DNA from: Carpediemonas membranifera BICM | Taxonomy: Eukaryota; Protista; Fornicata | Direction: 5' to 3' | DNA: 64,000 bases | NCBI GenBank assembly: GCA_019828565.1 | Contig: JAHDYR010000015.1 | Coordinates: 111,826 to 175,825 of the forward strand | Shown: piece after piece, positions 31,444 to 42,600 of the stretch | How the letters are laid out: each line of letters begins with the position of its first letter | How positions within the stretch are numbered: the first letter of the stretch is position 1 | Made by a program: the position numbers and the translations under genes | Notes under the pieces: model-generated | What the model was told of the DNA's origin: nothing | Database searches by the model: none | What the model saw: the letters and a program-made list of their open reading frames with translations, nothing else

Positions 31444-32196
31444 ATGAGCAAAGTTTCAGATCTTCTTCGTGAGCGCAATCTGCGCCTGGATGGTCGTACG
31501 CTTACCACTCATAGACCTATTTCACTGCAAATGGACACGCATCAGACCGCTAGCGGCAGCAGCATTGTAGTTACGGGCACAACACGAGTGGTAGCAAACA
31601 TATATGGTCCATATGACTGTGGCTTGAACGAACCAGGCCTTGAAGTGACATACTCGTCCGCTCCCTTCGCGACGGGAATGCGCCGCCGCCCACAAGCGGA
31701 CGAGCGCCGGAACAGAGAAGTTGCTGACCTTATCGAGCACACGTTCACCCAAGCCCTACTGCTGGAGACCTTCCCTCACAGCCTGATCAAGCTCGAGCTT
31801 CAAGTCCTGTGCGACTCCGGTGCGGCGCTCCCCACAGCTATCAATGCGGCGACAACTGCACTGATAGACGCAGGGATCCCCATGAAGGACATGGTCACGG
31901 CCTGTGAGGTCGGGCTGATTGAAGTAACCCGCCCCGATGGGTCAATCGCCACCCATATCGCGGCGGACACGTCAGCTGAAGAGGAGCGGCGGGGGGTGCA
32001 TTTCCCCATCGCCGTGATGCCTTCGACAGGTGAGGTTGTCGCTGTGATGCTCGTCCACACCCTGCCCCGCTCAGACCTGCTCGACGAGCTGCTCGAGGTC
32101 GGTTTGGACACATGCAAGTGGACCCACGGCCAGCTCGTGGGCCAGGTGAAGGCACTGGTTGGGGAAAAGATGCATGTGTGCGGTATGGTTGAATGA
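31444..32196 (+). CDS. RRP41: Exosome complex RNase PH-like subunit Rrp41
   Basis: LRLDGR...RPI, ASGSS...T.V...YGP, FPHSLI...VL..G, INAATTALIDAGIPM. Confidence 0.85.
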   Translation: MSKVSDLLRERNLRLDGRTLTTHRPISLQMDTHQTASGSSIVVTGTTRVVANIYGPYDCGLNEPGLEVTYSSAPFATGMRRRPQADERRNREVADLIEHTFTQALLLETFPHSLIKLELQVLCDSGAALPTAINAATTALIDAGIPMKDMVTACEVGLIEVTRPDGSIATHIAADTSAEEERRGVHFPIAVMPSTGEVVAVMLVHTLPRSDLLDELLEVGLDTCKWTHGQLVGQVKALVGEKMHVCGMVE

Positions 32197-32275
32197 GCCA
32201 ATGCGGACGGTGATTAAAACATTGAGTCGGAGTTGTTAGTGTGACGTGTGGAATGGTTGGAATGAAGGGTTGATA

Positions 32276-32488
32276 TCAGGCCCCGGTTACTTGGGGTGCT
32301 TTCCCAAAGACCCGAAAAGAGCGAATCGCAAAACTCGAGAGGTCTCTGGGGTGACAAACAAGAGAGGAGCGAACAGAAGAGAGAGGGGTCGACCGACACG
32401 AAGAAGTCAGGTAAACAGACAAAACGCCCCTCTTGTCTCCTTCATGTTGCACCAGCGTGCGAAAGCATCCCAAGTAACCGGGGCCTGA
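32276..32488. mobile_element. MITE with 28-bp TIRs flanked by TA (Tc1/mariner-type non-autonomous element)
   Basis: TCAGGCCCCGGTTACTTGGGGTGCTTTC (32276-32303) is the reverse complement of 32461-32488 with 1 mismatch. TA at 32274-75 and 32489-90. Confidence 0.75.
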
Positions 32489-32645
32489 TACCCAGCAAAC
32501 CAACATTCTATATTTCTACAACCAGCACCCAGCCTGCCCGATATGGTACGCTTCGTCGAGGCCGGGCTCTAGCTCAAAACAACCCATGGCTTCTTTACAT
32601 TCTTGACTGTGTCGAGTCGAGCGGGCAGCTTTCTCAACGCGCAAA

Positions 32646-35600
32646 ATGGCACCAAAGCAGAAAACAAAGGTTCAGGCGACGCTGCTTAGTTTCTTTGGTG
32701 CAGGAGCCCAACAAACATCCAAAGCCACGATGCAGCCCGCCCCAACGCCCAAGGCTGTGAAGACGAAGGCCCCTCAGCGTACGCCGAAGGCTACACCTGC
32801 GAAGCGCGCTAGAAAGGCCGATAAGCCTGTTGTACAGGAGAAACCAGTTAAGGCAAAGCAGCCACAAGCGTCTGTTGCCCTCGATGACGATCTTCTCTCC
32901 GACTTCGAAGATGAAGCGCCTACGAGCCAGCCGGCTGCTGTCTCGAACAACGACAGTAGCGACGAGGAGTTTGTAGTAGACGCGGATGAGCCTCTTGAGG
33001 ACCTGGACGCCGTCCTGGCGACCCTGTCGTCCCAGCCCGTGGACCGGGACCGGCCCAAGGTCGACGTGTCCCCCGCAGTGTCCCCCATGCCGCAGCGGGG
33101 CAAAGCCCGCACCATGCTCGACGACGACGAGGAGGAGGATGATGATGAGCCCAGCCAGCCCGAGGAGACGGACGCCGTGCTCGCCGGGTTCTCCCCCACG
33201 TCGCCCCGTAAGGCCAGGGCGGCCCGACGGCCCACGGTGTCGACCGGCAAGGCGGACAAGGAGGCGGCGACCCGCTTCCCCTTCTTGGTGCACCGTAAGG
33301 ACGCGAAGGGACGGCGACCGGGGGATCCAGGCTTTGACTCGAACACGCTGCTGATCACCCCCGATCAGATGGCCTCCATGACGAACTTCGAGCAGCAGTT
33401 CTGGGCGGTGAAGCGGGACCACATGGACACTGTCATCCTTTTCAAGAAGGGCAAGTTTTACGAGATGTTTGAGGGAGACGCCGACGTCGGCCACCGCGAG
33501 CTCGACCTCCGCATCACTGAGCGCGTCAACATGCGCATGACGGGTGTCCCCGAGTCCGGCTGGGAGCGCTGGGCGGCCAAGCTGCTGGCCCGCGGCTACA
33601 GGGTTGGGAGGGTCGAGCAGGTCGAGACGGCTGCACAGGCCAGCAAGGGCAAGTCGAAGATCATCAAACGGGAGCTGATCGAGGTGCTGACGAGCGGCAC
33701 TGTCGTGGACCCTGACATGGTCCCGTCGAGGTCGACCACGTTCCTGCTGGCACTCGCCCCGGATCCCGCGGACACTGCCACAGCGCCGGCCTACGGCTTT
33801 GTGCTGATGAACGCCAGCAGCGGTCTCTTCCACATGGGCCGGGTGGCCGACACGCCCCAGCTGGACGGGCTCCGGACGCTGCTGCACCACTCGGACCCGA
33901 GGGAGGTCCTCGTCGACCCCACCCTCAACAGCGCAGTCATCGCCCACATGCGGCGCAGACTCGGCCGGCTCTGTTCGACACAGACGGCCGAGGACGCAAT
34001 CGCCGCGATGAATGGGCACCCCCGCTTCGCCGAGGCCGAGGCTGCCGACGCCCCCCGGCAGTATGTGCCCGCCGTCGTGACGCAGTACCCCGCCGCCACG
34101 GGGGCGCTGGGCATGGTCTACGCGTACCTCCGCGAGCTGAAGCTGCTCGACGAGCTCGTCGCCAACGGTGCCTGGACGGCCTACGAGCTCACAACGCAGT
34201 CTGGCACGCTTCAGCTCGACGTGTCAACCCTCGAGAACCTCGCTGTGCTCACCAACGACGACGGTGGGTCGGCTGGCACTCTGCTCGAGTACGTCGACCG
34301 AGCCAAGACGGCCATGGGCCACCGCAGGCTCCGGGACTGGGTCTGCAGGCCGCTGAGGGGGCTTGCGGAGATACAGGAGCGGCAGGAGGTCGTGCGGGCG
34401 TTCATGGAGGACTTCGGCGTACTCCAGACCACCGTGGGCACCCTCGACCGTGTGCCCGACGTCGAGCGGCTAGTGTCTCGCGCCCTCAGTGGCAAGCTGC
34501 CACTTGGCCACTTCCTCCGCCTGCTGCGGGCGGTGGAGACGTGCCGTGAGGTCCGGGCGGCGCTGGAGAGTCTGGCCGGAACCGCCATCGTCGGGGAGTT
34601 CGTCGCGGCAGACCACTGGGCCTCGGTGGATGACATGCTCGCCTTCTTCTACGGCGCATTTGACGTAGCGCAGGCAGCAGAGGGCAAGTTCATCGTTAAT
34701 GACGGGTTCCACGCCAATCACGACAAAACCAGGGCCCTCATCGCCAAGCTCGAGTCCGAGCTCGAGGATCGTCTCGCAGACATCCAGGTCGACCTGCCTC
34801 ACGCCAAGTTCGAGCACCTGCAGGCCGAGCGGTACCAGGTGGTAGTCCGGCCAGACGACGCTGTGCCGAACGACTGGAGACTCATGAGCCGCACCAAGGC
34901 CAAGGCGAGGTACTGGCCCGCAGACGTCGCCCCGTTGGTGCGGGACCACGCCGCCGCGACAGATGACCTGAAGGCCATCCAGGGCGGACTGCTGGCCGAT
35001 GTCCAACGGGACGTGTCGCGGTGGCGGGGGGCTCTCAACGGTCTGCTCGACGGCATCGCGACCATCGACATCCTCGCTGCATTCGCGTCCGTGGCGCTGT
35101 CGTCTACCCAGTCGGTGTGCCTCCCCACGCTGCTGCCCGAGGTCACCGAGCCTGGGGCGGCGTCCTTCACGGCGACCGGGCTCACCCACCCCTCCGCGAG
35201 CAGGGCCAGCGGATTCATCCCCAACGACGTGGCCATCGGGGGCGCCGCACCATCTCTCCTGCTGCTGACCGGCCCCAACCTCGGCGGCAAGTCCACGCTA
35301 CTGCGCCAAGTCAGCCTCGCAGTCATCCTCGGCCAGATCGGCGCCTGTGTACCCGCGGCCGCCTGTGAGTTTACCATCGCCGACGCGGTGCTGACCCGCT
35401 GTGGTGCCCGGGATCTCATCCTCAGCGGCCAGTCAACCCTCCACGTTGAGCTGTCGGAGGCGGCACGCATCCTCAACACGGCGACGCCCAACAGCCTCGC
35501 CATCCTCGACGAGCTGGGCCGAGGCGCATCCAGCACGGACGGACACGCACTCGGCTTTGCGGCAGTGACAGCCATAGCCGAGTCCGGCAACCGCGCGATC

Positions 35601-35927
35601 TTCGCGACACACGACCACAGCCTCGTCAGGGATGTGAGGGACAGTGACCGCATCGAGGCGTACTACATGGCGTGCGAAGTGCCGGAGGGCTCGGACGACA
35701 TCAAGTTCTTCTACAAGCTCACTAAGGGTTCCCTCAACAGCTCGTTCGGCCCCAACGTCGCCAAGCTCGCAGGGGTCGCGCAGACCATCGTAGAGCACGC
35801 GCAGCAGCTCGCAGCCGACCGGGAGCGCCTTGAGGCCGGCACCGCCCTGATCGCAGCCCTGGAGCACGGGGCGGGGGAGGCGTTCGTGCAGACGAGGGCG
35901 GCGGAGTGGGTGAGACTCATGGGATGA
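32646..35927 (+). CDS. MSH6: DNA mismatch repair protein MSH6
   Basis: Disordered N-terminus, QFWAVK...FKKGKFYEMF mismatch-binding motif, Walker A GPNLGGKST and DELGRG. Confidence 0.92.
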   Translation: MAPKQKTKVQATLLSFFGAGAQQTSKATMQPAPTPKAVKTKAPQRTPKATPAKRARKADKPVVQEKPVKAKQPQASVALDDDLLSDFEDEAPTSQPAAVSNNDSSDEEFVVDADEPLEDLDAVLATLSSQPVDRDRPKVDVSPAVSPMPQRGKARTMLDDDEEEDDDEPSQPEETDAVLAGFSPTSPRKARAARRPTVSTGKADKEAATRFPFLVHRKDAKGRRPGDPGFDSNTLLITPDQMASMTNFEQQFWAVKRDHMDTVILFKKGKFYEMFEGDADVGHRELDLRITERVNMRMTGVPESGWERWAAKLLARGYRVGRVEQVETAAQASKGKSKIIKRELIEVLTSGTVVDPDMVPSRSTTFLLALAPDPADTATAPAYGFVLMNASSGLFHMGRVADTPQLDGLRTLLHHSDPREVLVDPTLNSAVIAHMRRRLGRLCSTQTAEDAIAAMNGHPRFAEAEAADAPRQYVPAVVTQYPAATGALGMVYAYLRELKLLDELVANGAWTAYELTTQSGTLQLDVSTLENLAVLTNDDGGSAGTLLEYVDRAKTAMGHRRLRDWVCRPLRGLAEIQERQEVVRAFMEDFGVLQTTVGTLDRVPDVERLVSRALSGKLPLGHFLRLLRAVETCREVRAALESLAGTAIVGEFVAADHWASVDDMLAFFYGAFDVAQAAEGKFIVNDGFHANHDKTRALIAKLESELEDRLADIQVDLPHAKFEHLQAERYQVVVRPDDAVPNDWRLMSRTKAKARYWPADVAPLVRDHAAATDDLKAIQGGLLADVQRDVSRWRGALNGLLDGIATIDILAAFASVALSSTQSVCLPTLLPEVTEPGAASFTATGLTHPSASRASGFIPNDVAIGGAAPSLLLLTGPNLGGKSTLLRQVSLAVILGQIGACVPAAACEFTIADAVLTRCGARDLILSGQSTLHVELSEAARILNTATPNSLAILDELGRGASSTDGHALGFAAVTAIAESGNRAIFATHDHSLVRDVRDSDRIEAYYMACEVPEGSDDIKFFYKLTKGSLNSSFGPNVAKLAGVAQTIVEHAQQLAADRERLEAGTALIAALEHGAGEAFVQTRAAEWVRLMG

Positions 35928-36888
35928 TTTACTATCGACTCATATATCTGGTAAAGGCGTCAACAGAATGTTGGACTGTTTGTGTTGTTCAGCCCTTTGG
36001 ATCAGCGTGACCAGCTCAACGTGGGGGAGCTTAAGACGTCCCTGTCCTGAACCTATATCATAGACGTGAACAAAGTTAATCATCTCTTAGACGACGCGGC
36101 GAGCGAGTGTAAGGTAAGGTACTGTAACTTACCCAGTCAAAGGTCGACCAGATCACGGGGGAGGCGGAGAGGAGGCTGGAGGGCGCCCACTGCAGCAGAG
36201 CTCGAGACGTTCGGTGCCGCGAGTGCCTTTCTCATGGGCGTGACCATGGCAACAATTGGCTCAAGTCGCTTCTCGTCGAGGTGGACCCTCCGCTGAGACT
36301 ACATGCCCCAGATAATCGATCTCCTTGTGGCCGATTCGGCTCTTTTTCTTGTTGAGTCAGAGGTTGAGCTATCCTGCGCTCGTCAGGACGAGGTCCAGGC
36401 TCGTCCGGAACTCCTCCTCCGGGCTTCCAAAGACGAGAATGTCGTCCTGAAATACGACGCACGCCTTGTATAGCACGTCCGACAGGCCGTCTTGGAGGGC
36501 AGCCTGGAAAAAGGACGCCCCGTTAGTAGGGCCAAACAGTATCCGTGAAAACTCAAACAGCCCGTCATGGGTAAGTCGTCGAGGGCGACCTGCCCCTCAA
36601 GACCAAGGGCGACCTCGACATCGCTGCCGCACTCGTCGGCTCTGGCCTTGTGGTCGAAAAGGACGAGTAAATCAACGGATTGGCGGCATTTGTCTGATTT
36701 TATTGTTGCCGATAGATCCAATTTGATTCAATTAGATGCGGCTCAAGTCGTGACCAAACCAGACCAGGCAGACGCAGCCAGAGTCAGCTATGGGCGCCGC
36801 GGCAGGGGGGGATCTGATTCGGGGAATCTCTAGATCTTGGTCCACAACCGTTTCGAGACGACGGAGGACCAATAGTCACAGGCAGCAA

Positions 36889-37704
36889 ATGGGTGCAAAC
36901 GTAACAGTGCCAAGCAAGAACGATCTGAACGCTACAGCATACAATGGACATGCCAATATGACCACGCATGTTCAAACTCCGCGTGAGAAGCTTGTTCCTG
37001 TTCAATTGACGTGGAATCATGGTGGACAGTCCGTTTTCGTCACCGGATCGTTCAGTAGATGGCGTGAACGTGTTCCACTAACCAGGAGCGAGCATGACGA
37101 GAGATCGTGGAGCGCGCAGGTTCCCATGCCCGCCGGCCAACACAACTACAAGTACATCGTGGACGGCGAGTGGCGCGCTGACACCTCACAGCCCACCCGC
37201 TGCGACGCCATCGGGAACGTTAACAACATCGTCACGGTCGAGGAGATCGAGGAGGACACCGCCGACCAGGAGTACTCACAGACCATCCCCACCATCGGCC
37301 TGGGTCTGTTCGCGGAACCCAACAAGCAGCCTGGCATACTGCCGAGGCCGCTGGACCACACGCCGCTCAATCGGCAGCAGCAGGACACCGGCAAGATCTA
37401 CCTGGACCCTGCCCTGGGCGGGTCATCGCCCAAGGCAAACGGCCAGCGGGACCCCAGCCTGCTACCCCTGCCAGAGCATGTGGTGCTGACACATTTATAC
37501 CGGGCAAACACGCCAACGCTGACCCACTATGGGTTGACCGTCAGGCTGCGGCGGAAGTTCGTCACCACCATCGTCTACTACCCTTCTGCTGGCGTGTTGA
37601 TTGAGCGGCAGCGACTCAGCGAAGAGGCGATGCTGAGCGGGCTCCCGCTGCGTGTCGACGAGACCCTCAGCCAGTTTTACCTTGGCCAGATGGCCCACGC
37701 GTGA
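36889..37704 (+). CDS. AMPK/SNF1 beta subunit (CBM48 + ASC domain)
   Basis: MG myristoylation start, WNHGGQSVFVTGSF..W, YKYIVDGEW, LPLPEHVVLTHLY and R.RRKFVTTIVYYP. Confidence 0.9.
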   Translation: MGANVTVPSKNDLNATAYNGHANMTTHVQTPREKLVPVQLTWNHGGQSVFVTGSFSRWRERVPLTRSEHDERSWSAQVPMPAGQHNYKYIVDGEWRADTSQPTRCDAIGNVNNIVTVEEIEEDTADQEYSQTIPTIGLGLFAEPNKQPGILPRPLDHTPLNRQQQDTGKIYLDPALGGSSPKANGQRDPSLLPLPEHVVLTHLYRANTPTLTHYGLTVRLRRKFVTTIVYYPSAGVLIERQRLSEEAMLSGLPLRVDETLSQFYLGQMAHA

Positions 37705-37811
37705 TATTTACATGGATATTGACATAAATGACATGCAGCCAGCCGTCTGCCAGGGAGAAGTTGTGTGGTTGACCAGGTCCTTGCTCTTCTCCCGCAGTTT
37801 AAGTAAGGACT

Positions 37812-39217
37812 ATGAGCTCGGATGCACAGGCAGCGGGAAACAAGGAGAAGCTGTACGCAGCATGGCATGTGGTGGCGAATTCGGTGTTTGCTGCCTCTGT
37901 TTCGCTCTCAGCCATCCTCATTGTGACGTATCCCGCCATTCGCCTCGCAGTGTTCGCCTTCGGGCAAGACGGGGACCTATTGGACAAGTCCACGGCTACA
38001 TAGTCGTGAACAGCGCCGTGATGACCTTCATGACGGCCCTCACGCTCTTACTTATTCTTACGCCCGTCATCGTTGCCTTCGGAGCTCTCTTCCGCATCAT
38101 GACGTACGGCCTCATCCTGATGGTGTCCGTCATGATCCAGTTCATCGCCATGCTCGTCCTTGGTCTGGCTGACGTCGCCTTCGCCGCGGACCTGACGAGC
38201 ACGTTCTTCGTCCATTCCCCGGCCCACATCCTCGCCCTGCCCTGCATCCTGCTGCTCGCATTCGCCGCAATGCGCTCGGGGCGTGTGCGAGGCCTGACGA
38301 CCATCCTCCTGCTGGGCACACCGCTGCTCGTCGACACCCTCGTCGACACCCTTGCCCTGCCAGTTGCCCTCCACCCAGACACGCCTGTGGCCGTCAAGGC
38401 GGTGCTCAGGATTGTTGTTGTGGCGGCCATCGATGCCCTGACGGTGGTGCCGACCCACGTGGCCCAGCTGACACACACCCGGGCGCCGCCCCTGACTCGG
38501 CCCGCCCTCATCATGCCCATGTCGATGCTTCGGCAGCTGTTCGGCCAGATGATGCTTCTAGACGACGACCTCAGATCCCAGCTGATCCTGGTGTGCGTGG
38601 GCGTCGTCCAGGACGCGGCGACGCTGCTGGCATACCCACCGTATGCCCACTTCGCCCACACCTTGTTCCAGCGCGTGTTCCACGACAAGAGGTCCGGCGC
38701 ATTTCCCGCGCTGGCCCACATTAGGGTGCACGACGTCCTTCTCGGGATCCTCCTCCGGCCGTCGGGTCCCGTTGAAGTTGAAGGGCCACACGCCTGACAC
38801 GGCATTCGACGAGAGACGCCACTGGCTCGAGCTCTTCGCCCAGACCATGTCCGTCTTTGCCGTGGGGCGGCCCGGCTGGCGTGTCTCGACCTCATGGACG
38901 GCACCGTGGACGCCGTCACGGCCCTGGCACCCGCGTTCATAGCCATGGTGACCATGGCTGTCTCGTACGTGCTGCTCAGTGTCATCAGGCTCATCGTGCT
39001 GGACTTCGTCTTTGCCCAGCAGTCCCGCCGCTTCATGGGCAACGAGCGCGTCCTCGCCCAGTTCGCCCTCAGGGCCAGCGTCGCGACGGAAGGGGACGCC
39101 GGGCTAGAGAACCCGCTGGTGATGCTGACGAGGCTCGTAGTGGCCCTCTGGATGGGCGTGTTCGTCAGCTACCGCGTCATCTGGCGGATTATGCGGGCGG
39201 CCTTCATGGTCATGTAG
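37812..39217 (+). pseudogene. Frameshifted multi-pass membrane protein gene
   Basis: Hydrophobic coding segments run on through frame changes near 37990, 38770 and 38890, with no obvious intron to fix them. Pseudogene or assembly indels. Confidence 0.5.
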
Positions 39218-39670
39218 CCTGCCCTGGCCCGGATGGATTTGACTGGAGGGAAAGGGCCCCGTGCATGGTGGGCCGGCAGGGCTGCTGGTGGTGTCGGGCT
39301 GGCCTTAGTTCCCCTTAAATTCGCGATTCTTGTTAGCTTATCGAACGGAGCGATCGGGGCCTCGATGGTGCGTCTGGTCCCTGTGAGGTAAGGTGTTCTT
39401 GCCTTCGGATTGAGGTCACGGACCTGAGCTTGGCGGTCACTCGGATCTTTGACCTCGGTAACGATCTCCTTGGCCTGGTCGATGTCTTCTCCATCAAGAG
39501 ATTTGGTGGGCTGGACGTGGGAGAATGTTGACGCGATACAATTAGTACTGCCGCATATCTGGTCGTCAAACACTCACACCAGCCACAGTGACACGGGGTT
39601 CGCTGGGGCAAGGTCATCCATGGTCATACGCTGATGATGATCTCCTTCACAACACTTGGGCTTCGTGTCG

Positions 39671-42600
39671 TGTGGTATTTACATGACTATGTAGACGCAG
39701 TTAGAGCCATTATCACCGCGTAGGAGGTATACCCCTTAAACACTTCACACTTGTTTCCAGACTTCAGTAATTACTACGGTTTGACGCAATGGGAGAAGAC
39801 GTAACGATAGGTCCACCGATGAAGGACCTCACGATCGAAGAGTATATGCGAGTACGAGACATCTACGACGAGTACAGCCTGGAGGCAGACGACGGCAAGC
39901 ACCGTAAGCCTTTTCACTCCCTGGTCAAGCCTGCGTTGAAGAGACAGGTTTTACGCGAGACAGGGAAGTCCAGGATCGACGAGTTCGTGGAGCCGACATG
40001 TGCGACGAACGGTAACGGATCGGTGTCGACTCAGCAGTACATGAAGCATCAAGACGACGTCAAGAAGGCACGACGCGCACACCAGAAGAAGGAGGACGCA
40101 TTTTGGAAGAAGAGCATAGAAGAGCTCGTCCTACCCACTGAAGTGTTCGCACGGACGCAGCTTTTGACGAATGGACCTGAGAAGAGCGTAAGCGAAGTGC
40201 TCAACAGGATTTCAGCGAGAGCGGCGGTGTTGTTCCAGAAGATAGAGGACATCCCGATAGATGCAACGAAGAGGCTGATCTTGGAGGCGTGCAAGCACGA
40301 AGGACAACACGCAATACTCCAGGGCGTCGTTGACGCATGCACTGACTCAGCCGGAGTCATGCAATCAGTAATGCTGTGGGAGAGGAAGAAGCGCGAGGCA
40401 ATGAAGCAGTTTGGGCTGTTGGAGCCCCCCACATCGTCTACATCGAAGAAAGACGTGCAGAAGCAAGAGCAGGGGCAGAAGAAGTTGCACTGCTATAACT
40501 GCGGGGGTGGGGGCCACATGGCCAAGGACTGCCCAGAGCCGACGATAGCCGGAGGCACCCGTCGCTGTTATCGGTGTGGTAAGGTGGGGCACGTCGCGAA
40601 GGACTGTCCGGACGCCAGTAAACCCGATCAGTGTTTAGTCTTTGCCTCGGGGGTGGAAAGCAAGGTTTGGGAGTGCAGCATGAGTGTCGGGCTGAAGGAG
40701 CATGTGGTGCGGCTCGATACTTGTGCTAGCAGCAATTTCATCCCGCCGGAGTTGGCCAGAGAGTGGGGCATCCGGACGAAGTGGGCCGACCGGTGGGTCA
40801 AGCTGGGCGACAACTCGACGGCGAGAGTGCTGACGGGAGGATCGAAGAAGGTCAGACTCGCATTGAAGAAAGACGTCGACGTCACGCTCCACTGGGACGT
40901 GATCGCTGGCTGCAAACCCACAATCTGCTTCAGGACCCTTGCCGAGCTGGGCCTGATCAACGTGGAGGCCACCACGACCGACGTCGACGGCGATGAGGAG
41001 TTGCTGGCCACGATGGACGAGCAGATCCGCGAGGAGTATGCCGATTGCTTCGGCCCGGCCGACGGCGCGGCAGACCTGAAGCCGTACAAGATCAGTCTGA
41101 GTGATGATGCGGTGCCCTACTTCGAATTGCCGAGGAGGCGGCAGCCGGAGATTGAGCAGGCACTGTCGGAGCACCTCAAGAAACTGGAAGAGGCGAAGAT
41201 CATCCGTAGGTCGAAGTCGCCCTGGTCGTCGCGCGTGGTCATGGCGAAGAAGAAGGGTGGGGAGTGGCGCCCGTGCATCAACTATATCCGCTTGAACAAG
41301 TTCATCGAGGATCCCCAGCACGACCTCCCGCCCATCGACGACATCATGACGATGCTGGAGGGCAAGGTCAAGTTCGCAGCCCTGGACGCGAGCAGCGCGT
41401 TCCACCAGGTGCCGGTCGAGGAGGGGACGCAGGAGCTGTTGGCGTTCACCACACCCGACGGCCACTTCACCTATAACACGATGCCGTTCGGGTTGTCGAC
41501 GGCGGCGGGCCATATGCAGGCAGCGCTGGAGGAGGCGTTCGCGGACATGTTGGGGACGGCCTGCCTCATCTACGTTGACGACATCCTGGTGTTCGGGGAG
41601 ACGGTGGAGGAGTACGAGGCCAACCTCCGGCATGTCATGGACCGGGTGAGGAAGCGGAAGATCAAGCTTAACGAGAAGAAGTGCGCTTTCAACCTTGACG
41701 AGGTAGAGTACTTGGGCTGGACTGTGTCGAAGGAGGGACGGTCCGTGCCTGAGTGGAGGGTGGAGGGTGTACAGAAGCTCGCCCCGGCGCACAACGTCAG
41801 CGATGTCAGGGCCCTCCTGGGTATCTTCAACTTCTTCGCGAAGTTCATCCCGGGGTACGCGGACCTGGCCGAGCCGATCAGGAGGATGGAGCTCAAGGAC
41901 GCGCCGCCGTGGGGGCCGGACCAGGACAGGGCGCTCGAGGCATTGAAGAAGGCGGTCACGAGCGCGCCGGTGCTGACACACCCGGACCCGGCGAAGAGAC
42001 TCGCGCTGTACACGGACGCGTCGGACAAGGGGGTCGGCGCGGTGCTGATGCAGGAGGACGAGGGCGGCAAGCGGCCGATTATGTTCTTGTCGAAGGCACT
42101 GTCCGGCTCGCAGCGCAGGTGGAGCACGTATAGGAAGGAGGCATTCGCCATTGTCCACGCGATCCGCAAGGCTCGGCGTCTGCTGGCAACGCAGGAGTTC
42201 AAGGTGTGGTGTGACCACAGGAACCTCGCGTACGTGTGGGGCGCCAATGACGACATGGTGCAGCGGTGGGCACTCGAGCTCGCCAACTACAAATTCGACG
42301 TGGAGCACGTGCCGGGCAGCCTTAACGAGATCGCCGACGGGCTATCGAGGGCGGCGCTCGCAGAGGAGCAGGCGAAGCAGGAGCAGGAGGACATTCCGGA
42401 CCAGAGTCGGACGGAGTCAGACGAGGATGGCCCAGCGGCAGCCGGCGCTGAGACAGAAGAGAGCAAGCCCAGACCGCAGGGGCAACTGCTGTTCAGAGTA
42501 GACGAGTTCAGGACGACACAGGAGGCGAGCCCGACACTGCCGGAGAGTCAGAAGGAAGCGAGGTTCAAGGAGGTACACGGCGCTGGGAAGGGCCACCATG

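Noticed and set aside
35990-36720. Short ORFs between MSH6 and AMPK beta
   Set aside because: No recognisable motif or consistent frame, so a call cannot be supported.
39169-39630. Possible small spliced minus-strand gene next to the E1 5' LTR
   Set aside because: A plausible intron exists, but the ORF overlaps the opposite gene's end and has no homology cue. Too weak to list.
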